This document shows positions 52,328-64,000 of a stretch of 64,000 nucleotides of DNA, one piece after another. The first letter of the stretch is position 1. Every line of letters begins with the position of its first letter. The translations under genes were made by a program, and so were the position numbers. Source of the DNA: Dimorphilus gyrociliatus (lineage: Eukaryota > Animalia > Annelida); assembly GCA_904063045.1 (NCBI GenBank), contig CAJFCJ010000004.1:1233713-1297712 (forward strand). Reading direction: 5' to 3'. The notes beneath the pieces are model-generated. The model saw nothing but the letters and a program-made list of their open reading frames with translations. It made no database searches and was not told the DNA's origin.

Positions 52328-54568
52328 TGAAAGATTTTTCTGATTGATTTACTAACGTATTCAACAAACAGTATGATTTATTCACAATTTTTACAGTTGT
52401 TCAAAGTAAAGATATCTACAAATGATTAATTAATTATTCTTAATTACAACTATATAGAGGCAATTAATATCTTCAGATTATTGTAATTAACTTTATAACT
52501 ATAAAAGAAAATAATAATTTGGTGTTAACCTAAAATACATCTATTTTCAATTTCAATTTATCATTTTGGGCTACAGAGCTAAAAGAAAATCTTTTATCTA
52601 TCTGTCTGTTCGATTCAATTTCCATGTCTTTCATACTCTCTCCTATCCTCTCTTTCTTTATCTCAGTAGCTTTCTCATTTTTACTTGTTTTATATCTTCA
52701 CATAGTGAAAATAAAACATGCTAAGGGTTTGATATATAACTTAAATTGTCAATTGATTTATATAGAAAATATAGTCTTTTTCTTTAAAAAGAGAATAGAA
52801 TCTCTATTGTTGTAATATAAAAAAGAAGGGGAAAGACTAACAGACAGTGTACAAAATGAAAAAGAAACGTGCTATTAGTAGTCCATTTGGTCCCCGAAAA
52901 ATCTCAAACAGTACTTTTTTTCGTGCCTCGCCGACGAATCTGGGCGGAAATGATAATTCCTGCGTTTACTTGCTGCATATATGATAAACGTAATCGAATT
53001 GTTTACCGCCAGAGCAAACTTTATGTGCAGTTTCTTTTTTTTTTGCAGCTGTTGGTTCTTAGCTTGAATATAAAAACAGATGTTACTGTTGACCTTATAG
53101 GCGAAATTTTTGTGTCTAGTGCTATAAATTGCCAGAAATTGGAGTGACTTGTAAGATTTCACTCTTTCGCCTAATTGAGCTGTACTTTTTTTTCTTAATA
53201 GATCGATTAACGTTTGTTTGCAGCCTTGATTATTTGATGGAAATTTTAGAAGGGTTGTGGAGTTTTTTATGTCTCTTTAAACTTTTCCTCAACTTTCGTT
53301 ACCATATCTAATTCTTTTTCCGAAAAAAGTCAAAATTAGTAATTTAGACTTTATTAAAAATAATTAATTTATTTATTTTTTCACCCAATCATATTATCAA
53401 TCACACTTTAAACTGTCCTCTTTCTCTATCTTCTAATTCTCACTCTCTCTGTCTCTGTCTCCCTCTCTATCTCTCTCTTTTTATTTTCTTTCCTTCTTTC
53501 TTTCTCTCTCTCCTCTCGCTCCCTCACTTACTCACTCACTCACTCACTCACTCAGTCTATCTCTATCCCTCCCCTCTTCTCTTTTTCTTCTTCTATTCAC
53601 TTTCAGATTATGTTTACTTTGATATTATTAGCGATAGAGAAATTTAGAACGTTCTTTTCTTCATCTTCCTCTAGTACCTTACGGCAATTTCAACTTTAAC
53701 ATCTCCTTTACGTGATACAACCACGAACAGGATAATACGCTAATATTTATGTAAGAAATAGATTATTATTTTTTTTCCATAAAAATTGATGAAATGATAA
53801 GAAAATGCAAATTTTTGATGATATTTCCATCATATTTATATAGTATATGCCGTATACAGATTTATATTCAATGTTTCGTCGTCTCATCCTAATAATATAT
53901 ACATTCGTCCAATATAGTTGATAACCAAATAACCAGTTTTTAATTTGCTAAATGTTCTATAACTTTTTTATTGTCTTTTATACTTTTACTTTGTAATATG
54001 ACTTTGACAAAATGAATTATGAAATATCTTATTTTTTTCGTATCAATATTAAAATTATATTGATTGTATGAACATATCCAACCAACGTACAAACCATTTG
54101 TTCCCTCTTACAACATCAATAACAAGGAAGGAAATGAGATTAAAACGTTTTCTATTGTAGCTGTAAAAGATTCCTAATATAATGTAATGAATCTGATAGA
54201 ATAAATAGAAAATTACATTTTCTAAATATTATCTTCAACTACTTGAGCAGGGAAATCAATGCCTTATAAAAATTATTATAAATAATATTGGAGTTTTTTT
54301 TCTATTTTTCTTACAAATAACAATTTTTTTTTATAAATCAAATTATTCTATTCCTTTTTTTTTCTTTTTTCATAATAAACTTTGTTGTATTTATTTTTTT
54401 TTTATATTTTTCCTTTTGTTACCAATTTCTTTTTTTTCTTTCTCATTTTAAATAAAAGTTAAATAACTTTGAAGTTTTTTTTAGTGAAAATCTGTTTGTT
54501 TTGTTTTTTATCTTTATTTCTATATATTTGTCTTCTTTTCTCAATTTTTCTTTTACTCTTTCTTTCTT

Positions 54569-54599
<31 letters not shown>

Positions 54600-56907
54600 T
54601 TCCATCCCCTCCCCTTCCCTCCTCCGTAACTATTTCTCTACATATCTAGCTCCTACCAACTCATAAATCTTCTAGATAGATACGAAAAGAGACAAAAGGG
54701 CAAACTACAAAGTACGAAACGATAAAAGGCATTGTTAAGTGAAAACATGAAAGCTTATAAAGTGTACTTTTTTTTCTTTTTACATACTTATCTGTTTTTC
54801 TAGCTCATATTCATCATTTATCAAGAAGATATATATTCTTAATACTTTTTAGAGTAATTATAAAACAATTAACCTTAAACTGTAAACATAATACGGATAT
54901 CATAATATAAACAATTTTGCTTCTTTACTATATTAATCTCTAATCTGAACGAATTAATTCCAAGGCGTTAACTAATGTTATTTATACAGGAATAATATTT
55001 TAGAATAAAGTTTAAATGAAAATAAATATAAAAAGGTAAACAAGACACTAAATTTTTTAATAAATAGATGAGCTTTACATCTGTAAAAGCTCAACTAAAC
55101 ATTTTACTTTACAAACATATTACTTGATAAGGTTTCAACAGCTGCCTGTAGAAAAGATCAAAGATAGGCCTAAAAAGGGCTCATTGAGGTTAAGGAATGA
55201 TATTGGCCAAAGGAAAAATTTTTTCTGTTTTTTTCCAATCGGAGGTCGATATTCGGAGAAATTTGAATCTGCGTGCGAATTAGGTCAGAAGAGAAAGAGT
55301 AGACGATAATCCGTAAAAGAAAAATCCAATAAAATTATTATTTCCTCGTTCGACCTCAGTTTTGCTTCTCGATCAAAAGAAATGTTATAGGAGGAAACGA
55401 TTTTGGCAGAAAGGAAGAAACCACAAGAATAAATATTATTCGATAATTAATAAAACTATAAAGTGCCTAAATAGCATTTTGAACGCTTGTTTTACCTTTT
55501 AAGCAATGATGAATAGGAAGTTAATAAACTAAAAAAATTATTAAAAAGAAATTTCTCTTACTTTTCCATTCGAATTCAATTTATACGCATTCCTTCAAAG
55601 CAAACCGATCTTAAGTGAGAGATTCGAACAGTTGAGGCGACCTCTAGGGTCATCTTTATCGGAAAGTCACGTGATGACTCTAGCCGTTTTAGAAAAGGGT
55701 TACGATTGATACACACGCTTGAAATATGATTGGTTGACAGCTGAAAGTTGTATAGCATGTTTTCAATCATTTTCTTAATAATATGCACAGTTGCACAAGA
55801 ATTTATCGATTTAGGCCTAGTTGAAGACGCAGTGGAATGTTAGTTTAGAGAAGATTGTGATCTGGCGTTTATTCTAGGTTATAGATGGTATTTTGAGGGC
55901 TTTAAAGAATCTTACAAACGCTTACTTGCATTTTTCAAAAAGATTAAGTCATCAACTAACAAAAATTTTGTTACTTTTATCATTTTTATGCACTGAATTT
56001 TATCATAGCGGCAACTAAATAAACATAAAATACCATATATATATAGTATACGCAATCCAATATCTTTTCACAGCACACGTCTCTATGTTTTTTTAATTAT
56101 TGCAAAAATCCTTATGAATATGTATAAGATTAAAATAATAGTAATAATACACTAAGAAAAATAATTTGATTTAACATTATCTTACTATTTAGCTAATAAA
56201 TCTAAAGCTAGAAGACAGATAAATACTTTCCCTGTTTAAAAGTTATTTCTTAAAATTCCTTTTCATATTTTCTCTTCCTATCTTCCTTTCATCTTAATAG
56301 ACATACCTTATTGGAAAAAATTACGCAGATAGAGACCGTAAAATAAAAAATATTTATGAACAGGAAACTTATTGAATAATTTAATATATAATGAATTATT
56401 CAACATATTTGAAAATACTTTGTATATTTAAGGAAAATAATTATTATATTTCTTAAAATAGATTACATTCATAAACTTTTACTTTATAATAATTTTTAAT
56501 ATAGAAAAGTAACTTTATCTTTCTTTGTTTTTATATCTCTTTCAACTTTGATATATAATTAGTCAAATAACTATGTTAAAACATAGGGAAACAAAATAAA
56601 AAGATGATTACTTGTTAATCTGAGTATCTAACTGCTAAAATAAAAAAGCGTACTAATGGAGAGTAAAATAAAATGTTTATAAAAGTATAATTTCCTTTAC
56701 TTTTTAAGAAAAAGAAAGGGAAAACACAAGATTCCCTTCACGGATGGATAGGCATTATTTAGAAGACTAATAGCTTCTGGAAAATACGTAAGAGGACAAC
56801 CAAAGGTTTTTTAGGTTTGTGTGCGTTATCCGATATAAATAATAAGGTTATATAAATGGATACATTTAAAAAAATTGATTGTACTAACATTATCTTTTCA
56901 CTAGGTG

Positions 56908-56953
<46 letters not shown>

Positions 56954-57948
56954 TTGTATAGTGATATTTATATCACTAAACTCAATTTATAATAATTATT
57001 TAAGTATAAATCTTTGAACATGCACAATTTAACAATCATCCTGTTTGAATAAACAGTTTCTGATCATAAAAGGGATAGAATGTTCTGCAATTTTTTTTAA
57101 TTAAAATAGATTTTTTTACACTTAGTGCGGCAGGAAATGCCTTCATAAATCCAAGTAAACTTCACCAACTTTCTTAGGTTAATGATAATTTTACTTTTCT
57201 TACATTTTTAAAATGTTACGCTGACAGACAAAAGAGCTTTAGTATATTTTTTTTAATTTCTTTTATTGAAGTTAACAGTAATTTTAACAAAATTTAAATT
57301 ATGTGCATTTTTTAGGGTTCTGTTTCTTCGAAGGCAGGAATTTAATTATTCTCCAGAGTTCGAGAGATCTTACTAAATTCTTAGCTTTTGTAATCACTGC
57401 CTGAAACAGTTCTAAATGAAGATTAAGGCGAGAATTAGTTGTTCTCTTACAAACTTTACACTTATTCGTCTATTTATGATAAATTTTATTCTGTTTTTTA
57501 ATAAAAAAAGAAAAAACAGAAAAAGAAAATGGTTGCTTACAAAACAACAGATTTGCTTCGTCATTTGTAATCGTAAGTTATTCTAGCCTAAGCAATCGTG
57601 AATTACATAGGCCTAGAAAGATGAGCCCTGAGGCCAATACCCAGGGGCTTTTATGCATTCATAGCTATGCTTTTAATCATTGTAAATTTCAAACAATATT
57701 CCGTTTCTGTTATATTGTTCTCTAAAAGATAGCCAAGTTCCATAGAAATATGGAAGTGGAAAAACTAAAATTGTTCCTCATCCTTTGGTAAGACGATGAC
57801 TCATAACGTATTCGAACTTATTTACTGACAGATTGCTCGATTACAAACTAAATACTAGAAAAACTACAGTTATAAAAGTAATATTAATTGTTTATTAAAT
57901 ATTTATAATACAAAACGAAAGAAGGAAACCAGAAAAGAAGAAAAAGAC

Positions 57949-57990
57949 GAAGAAGAAGAAGAAGAAGAAGAAGAAGTAGTAGTATTAGTA
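57949..57990. repeat. (GAA)n followed by (GTA)n trinucleotide repeat
   Basis: Direct reading. Confidence 0.85.
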
Positions 57991-58307
57991 GTGATGGCAG
58001 AAGAAGCTGGCACGAATTATAGGCCCATACAAACAGGAATCGTAAGGAGGCGAGGAATAGTAAATAGTCATTGTACACAAGTGAAGAGGCTACTAACGAT
58101 TTTTACTTCTCGGTATTTAGTCACTTGACTGTTGTGTTTGTTTGAAAAAGTTTCTAATATAATCGAGAAATTCTTGCTTAAAATTAGTTTCTTTATTCTT
58201 AAATAAATAATAAAATAATCAAATTATAAAAATTACCAATTATTAATATTTTTCCCTTTTTAAAATAGATTTGTTTCTCTAATAGACTCTATAATTAAAT
58301 ATAAAGA

Positions 58308-58338
<31 letters not shown>

Positions 58339-60952
58339 TAGATAGATAGATAGATAGAGTGAGAAAAAACATAAAATAATATTAAAAACCGGGTTTTTAA
58401 TACGTTTATAAAGTTTATCTCAAAAAGAAAATATTCATAAAAACTTATTGAAATAAGTAGTAACTTTTCTTCTTATTAACTTTTTTTTCTTTTTTTATTA
58501 CAAGAGTTTTTATTCATTTTCTTTTGGATGAGAAGCAAAAAAAACTGTATACAATAATAATAAACTCTTAAATATATTGTAGAATATAAATATGTATTTG
58601 AAATATTTATGATTCTTTCTTCTTTTTTCGAAACGTATTTTCCTTGTATTGGATTTCCCTTGAAATTATGTATTTAGGAATGAAACACAATATTTGGATG
58701 TTATTATTTCTCTTATATCTCTCACTCATTTTATAATAATTTATTATTTAAACAAAATAACTGGTAAAGTCGAAAATCGGATTAAGAAAAGATGATTATA
58801 TAATTTTAATAAATATTATATTGTTGATATGAATAAATATAATAGATGTATGTATTCTTTTATAAATGGGGAATAATTTTTTAAGAATATGCACCCAGTT
58901 CTTTTTCGTCCTCCTCTTTTAAGTACGGAATTGTTGGCAAAAGAGAAAATATGAAAAAAAAATCATTTTCCTATTAATTAAGAAAGCGATTCTTCCTAAA
59001 TAAATCAATAAGCTTTCAAAAAGAAGTTTAATTAAAACAGTCTTTTATAAATTGATTTATATAGAAACTTTTTTCATAGACCATTTCTTCCTATAGCAGC
59101 TTAAAAGACCTAAGACAATCTACTTTTAAAAAATTATACAAGTTTTTCAGATAGTACACACTGTATAATATAGACATATATACTCAGCATTTTACCCTTT
59201 TGCCAAGTAACTTTTAAGCTGTTCAGATAAGAGAAACAAGTTTAACATTTAAGAAATTATGATAAAATTAATGGCCAAGATTTTTGCGAACTAGAAAATA
59301 TTTTATATATTTTTTTTTATATTTCTATTTATTATTAATTCTATTTTTAAAAGGATGATTCAGTGTTTAATAATAATCTATAATATAACAAATTGAGGCT
59401 GTTTATACAGAATAAAAATGAAAAAAGTGATCTTTAAAACTATTAAAATATATAAATGAAAGAAAGTGTAGTTTAAAGTATTAGCAGCCGGTTAAGAGTT
59501 TGAATGCATCTGTCGATTATTACTAGTTTTGTACTGAATTCATAATTTGTTGTGTTTACGAGTTAGTTCACGAAAACCGTTTGATAGAATCCAATCAACT
59601 AGGCGGTAACAAAATTACGGAATTGCAACCAATTTCATCTTTCGAAAAGACTTTCAACAAACCCTGTAAACCGCGTATAGAATTTCGAATCTAAAAAGTT
59701 CCTTGTTTCTATACACACCAATTAAACTGTCATTCATCAATATATCCTCTTTTTTATTAATACCCTCCAGTTACCTTGATTTTTTTTCTCCGTCATTTTT
59801 ATTGAATAAATCGCCTAAGGTAATTTATAAATATTCCATATATATAGTGAAAAAAAAATAAGAAATAAATCGCTGCGTATGCCTAGACTATCGACGAAGC
59901 AATAAAATCCATCAACTACACCGTGTCAATTTCAAACCGTGCACTCAGCTTATTGGAGCATTGAAAAAAAATTTAAGGATTATCTTACTCATTTTGAAAA
60001 TGTCGATAAGAAAAACAGCTGTACGAAATCACCGCCAGCCGTCCTCTTAAACTATTAACAAAACTGAGGAAAAGGGCTAAAGAGAACTAGAAAAAGACAA
60101 TTTTGCTAAAATTCTTTCTTCTTTGATACTTTCCATCCAGTATAATGGTACGCATTGTATCAACACTGTATACCACTTACATATCTAAATATACGTCAGT
60201 TTCGTACATAAACGTACGAACGCGTATATTGCACTTTCTCATTCGGTCATTAAAAACTCAACAAATATCCGATTTTATTTATCAAATATACAATTTTATT
60301 AAAGAAACCAGCCGATTTAGCGTTCTAAGAAATTTTCTTGGAGAAATTCGCTTAGGAATGTTGAGTTATATACAAAGATGTTTGCTCGTAGTTCTGTCAA
60401 TCTATTTTAATTTTATATGTGTCATATAGCATCGCCATCTGCGGCTTCTATTTTTGATTAAATATTATTTAGTTTTGCGCCACCTTTCGGTCATTAACAG
60501 GTCTTTAACACTTAATTAATGAAAAAAAAGGTAAAAAAACATTATTTTGGAAGAATTTTAAACGTAAAGTTTCAATAAGAAAAAAACTATTTCTATTTAA
60601 TATTCTCCTCATCATTCTAAACACTTTTTAGTATGTAACAGAGTTGTAAGCCACTCGAGCTTCGCTTAAACTTGCTAAGAGTTCTAAAGCTCAGGAAAAT
60701 TTGGTTAAATTAAAATATTTATTTTTAAAACGTTTCTCACAAAATTCCTATGGATCTTAAAGTTAATCTTTAAATGTCAAACTTTATGCTTTTATTCAAG
60801 TATTCAGTCTTTTTTCTCAGAAACAAAATACATTGACACAAATGCGATTATCTGTGAAGTAGTGATAAAGAAACTTGCAAAGAAAACCTCTGTAGAAGTA
60901 CTTAAGTTCATTAGAGGTGTTCAATATATATAAATATATATATTTAGCTTTG

Positions 60953-63671
60953 TTAGTCTTGAGTTTCTTTGCTCGACTTGCTTGAAATAGGTGTGGCTGT
61001 TGAACTTCTGCTCAGCTGGAAAGCCCATTTCTTGATAATCTTCTCAGCTGCAGCTAGTGTTTCATCTTTCTGTATTATTTTTACAGTACCATTAATAGTT
61101 TTTTGAATTATTGACTCAATAGAATGTATGCGAAACCTTAATAAAACAGAATCTTATCATATTCTCAACCAGTACTTTATGATCTTGGCTATAGAATGCG
61201 CTTGGTGGTATTCCGGATAGTTTCTTATAAGACAATAGAATAAGTAATAAGAAAAGTGCGAACGTTCATTGGATAATTTATCTTATTAAAAATACCTTAT
61301 TTGCTATCATCCATTTAACAAACTGATAATCTTTCGGTTCGTTTGAATCTCCCAAGTTAATTTCGGGGCTAGCATTCATTAAACCAGAATAATCGGCAAT
61401 CATAAAATACCCTCCGTCAGGTATAATGGGCTTCATCCCAACTTCTTGTAAACATTTCGCTAAGAAATCTCGCTTCGGCTGCAATTCCCTGGCTAATTTT
61501 AATAAATAACAATCTTTACAGCCGCTTCCTAACTTTGGAATTTCTCTTTCAACCGCCATAGCAATAGCCTCCTACAGATTTAATGACGAAGAATTATTAA
61601 ATTTTATAATGAATTATTTGCATAAAAATAAGAACTTGTAGAGGAGTAGGGCAAGTATATGAACAATTTTGATGTAACACCGAGCAAGCCTTAACTAAAT
61701 GCGGTGGTCCGATAGTCCAACCCAATTTCCAGCCAGTTACCGAGAAAGCTTTTCCAGCGCTACTAAATGTCAAAGTTTGGTCGTACATACCAGGAAGATT
61801 TGCTGTTTTGAATATGAGAAAATGGAAATAAAATATCTTAAAAATAAATCGAAGTCTTCTGTTTTTCATTCGGAACTAAATCGATCTTTCTTTTATTTCA
61901 TTGAGAAAAGTAAGAAAGTAAAAGTCATTTAAAACATTAAGCAGCGGGATTAACTCTATAATATACAAAATCTTTATATTTTTCGTATTTCTTAAGAAAT
62001 ATCGATATTTATACCTTCCAATCTTATATAATAAAATTTATTGAATTCTCGCCCTCTCATTTCTCATCTACAGTCTTCTTAATATAAATTATCTTACGCT
62101 ATACAGAGACCTGCACCGGTGTAGCAGCTGCGCAAACAGAATTCTGATGAACAGTCCTAAGCGCGTGTATAAAATAATCAGGCCCTATAACCCATCCTAC
62201 TCTCCACCCGGTTATCATCCATGTTTTCCCAGCACTTCCCATTGTTAAAGTTCTTTTCCACATATCAGGTAGAGAGGCTGATAAATGATTTCGTTTAAAA
62301 CGTTTACCAACTATCTCAGAGAATATCTTTTAGTCAATAGATATTTCTCAATTTTTGTTTTTAATACAAATTCATATTTGTTGCTTTTTTTATTTACAAA
62401 AAATATAGCTTACCTATCTTTATGTGTTTTTTATCATCGTATATAAGCCATTCATAAACTTCATCGCTAAAAACGATAGTGTTATATTTTTTGCATAAAT
62501 CAGCTATCATTTCACATTCTTCCATGGAATAAACCTACAATGTTTATCAAAAGAAAAACTAATTAAAAGATAATAAAGTTTTTTTAAACTAGTTATATTA
62601 TATCTGTATAAATTCCCGATAGAAAGAACGTACTTTGCCCAAAGGATTGTTTGGATTATTAAAGAATATGGCTTTAGTTTTATGCGAGAATTTCGAAGAC
62701 AATTCCTCGTAGTCTAGACAGAACTCCGAACTTTGAAAAGATGCCCTCTCAGCATCTTCTGGTTTTTCAATCTGTATTTTTTGTTGTTAGATAAAGGTTC
62801 TCTATTGAAATTAGAGTCTTTAGTAAATATTATAGTACAAACCCTTCTTAGAGGGACAAAAACTGGTACACCGCCAGCAACTCGAACCATAGGCTCGTAG
62901 CAATCAAAAAAAGGTTCAATAATAATTACTTCATCTCCAGGATTAATAAGTCCTTGAACAGCACAGAATAAACCTCCATAGGCACCAACTGATATGAGAA
63001 TTTCATTCATGGGGTCAATAGGGTGATTCATAAGTGGAGAGTACAAATCGGCTAAAGCTTTGACCAATCTTGGATGTCCGTATCCTTTGAAAGTATTACA
63101 GGCTAGTATAATTCCTTACATTGAAATTTTTGTCAAATTATAATCACCTCTAGTATATTGGTTTAAAAAAGGATTATCACTCATTACAGCTTCTGCAAGA
63201 GCTTTTTTAACATATTCAGGCGCATGAAAATCTGGGAATCCCTAGATTTTATAAAAGAAAAATAATCAATATACTGTATTTTATTGAGTAGAAAAATATT
63301 CTCTTTATTTGCTTACTTGTCCTAAATTCAAAGCTTTTTCCTTAACAACTAAATTTCCGAATTCAACCCTATATTAATTTTAAATTTCATAACATATTAA
63401 CAATTTTGAACAGATTTAACAAATATAAACAATAAAAAAAGTTTATATTAAAGTCTTTTTAACAAAAACTAGCTAAAGAGACGCTTATATTAACTATTTA
63501 CTTGTCCTAAATTCAAAGCTTTGTACTGGGTACACAACTTTCCAAATTCAGCCCTTTAATAATTTTATTGAATATATTGGTTTTTGTTTTGCTTCGTAAA
63601 ATTGAAATTCTTACTCACCAAACATTTTGATCTGTCCCTTGTAATCTATCAGCCAATCCGTGGTGTGCCAT
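60953..63671 (-). CDS. KYAT: Kynurenine-oxoglutarate transaminase / glutamine transaminase (KAT I/III, CCBL family, PLP fold type I); 10 exons per mRNA, about 448 aa, with two mutually exclusive exon pairs
   Basis: Exons 63671-63619; 63553-63502 or 63368-63317; 63241-63148; 63084-62843; 62771-62634; 62534-62414; 62277-62111 or 61802-61636; 61571-61296; 61223-61137; 61069-60953. Total 1347 nt with one exon of each pair. Motifs LNLGQGFPD, NQYTRGYGHPRL, IIIEPFFDCY, NNPNNPLGK, SDEVYEW, SAGK, GGYF, IRFCFIK. Confidence 0.95.
61636..61802 (-). CDS. KYAT: KYAT alternative exon 7b (167 nt): ANLPGMYDQTLTFSSAGKAFSVTGWKLGWTIGPPHLVKACSVLHQNCSYTCPTPLQ
   Basis: CAAAACAG| acceptor, CAA|GTTCTT donor, same length and phases as 7a, homologous sequence with the PLP lysine. 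Confidence 0.9.
62111..62277 (-). CDS. KYAT: KYAT alternative exon 7a (167 nt): ASLPDMWKRTLTMGSAGKTWMITGWRVGWVIGPDYFIHALRTVHQNSVCAAATPVQ
   Basis: TTTATCAG| acceptor, CAG|GTCTCT donor, phase 1 to phase 0, open frame containing the PLP lysine (SAGK). Not in the ORF track. Confidence 0.85.
63317..63368 (-). CDS. KYAT: KYAT alternative exon 2b (52 nt): (W)VEFGNLVVKEKALNLGQ
   Basis: AATATAG| acceptor, CAA|GTAAGC donor, same length and phases as 2a; shares the identical 3' sequence AAAGCTTTGAATTTAGGACAA. Confidence 0.85.
63502..63553 (-). CDS. KYAT: KYAT alternative exon 2a (52 nt): (W)AEFGKLCTQYKALNLGQ
   Basis: ATTAAAG| acceptor, CAA|GTAAAT donor, phase 2 to phase 0. Confidence 0.85.
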
Positions 63672-64000
63672 TTTCTTTTCCTTTAAATAAAAAAGTAAAG
63701 GAAATAAAACTTTAATCAGTTTGATATTATCTTTTATAAGTTAATCTAGAGACGATTTACTACAACGTTAAGTGCATATTAAGTACCAATTGCAAAATAC
63801 GAAGTAAAAAAGGAAAATAGAGGCGTTCTAGTTTAGAAGAGCAAGGTAAGACAACTTATTGTAATACAAAGTAATTCAGTTTTTAAAGGGCGCAAGGGCA
63901 ATTTCATTTGGGAACAAAATCAAGTAAGCTTTATTGTCTTGCATCAATAGTAAATCTGATCTAATAATTGACCATCCAAAAAGGTTTTGTTACTTTTCAC

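Noticed and set aside
52869-55788. 60-95 aa ORFs in the receptor-upstream region, and ORFs built from microsatellites elsewhere
   Set aside because: Low-complexity or AT-rich translations without domain motifs or consistent splice context.
58381-58401. Short inverted repeats (ATTAAAAACC-G-GGTTTTTAAT here; also about 55070-55092 and 61986-62001)
   Set aside because: Isolated AT-rich palindromes with no target-site duplication, partner end or transposase; no mobile element or CRISPR array could be supported.

Overview
AT-rich animal genomic DNA with many 64-81 nt GT-AG introns and TA/GA microsatellites. It looks like a compact-genome lophotrochozoan (annelid-like), which is inference only. Manual splicing gives eight protein-coding genes. 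Two are on + : a two-exon orphan class A GPCR (1838-3928) and an intronless multi-pass membrane protein of unknown family (6074-7942). Six are on - : an 11-exon LRR-Roc-COR protein ending in a CaaX box (8636-14827), an NHL-repeat protein (16296-18082), an ANK-LRR-Roc-COR protein with an extra C-terminal module (23915-31286), a secreted PLAC-like Cys-repeat protein resembling an ADAM/MIG-17-type protein without its protease domain (37269-40732), an A-type muscarinic acetylcholine receptor (42927-45223), and a kynurenine aminotransferase/glutamine transaminase (60953-63671). The most striking observation is in the aminotransferase. It has two independent pairs of tandemly duplicated, equal-length, same-phase exons (52/52 nt and 167/167 nt) that can only be used mutually exclusively. 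They swap the N-terminal substrate-gating helix and the segment with the catalytic PLP lysine, so one locus could encode up to four enzymes with different active sites. All exon models come from reading splice signals and reading-frame continuity; no transcript data or database searches were available.
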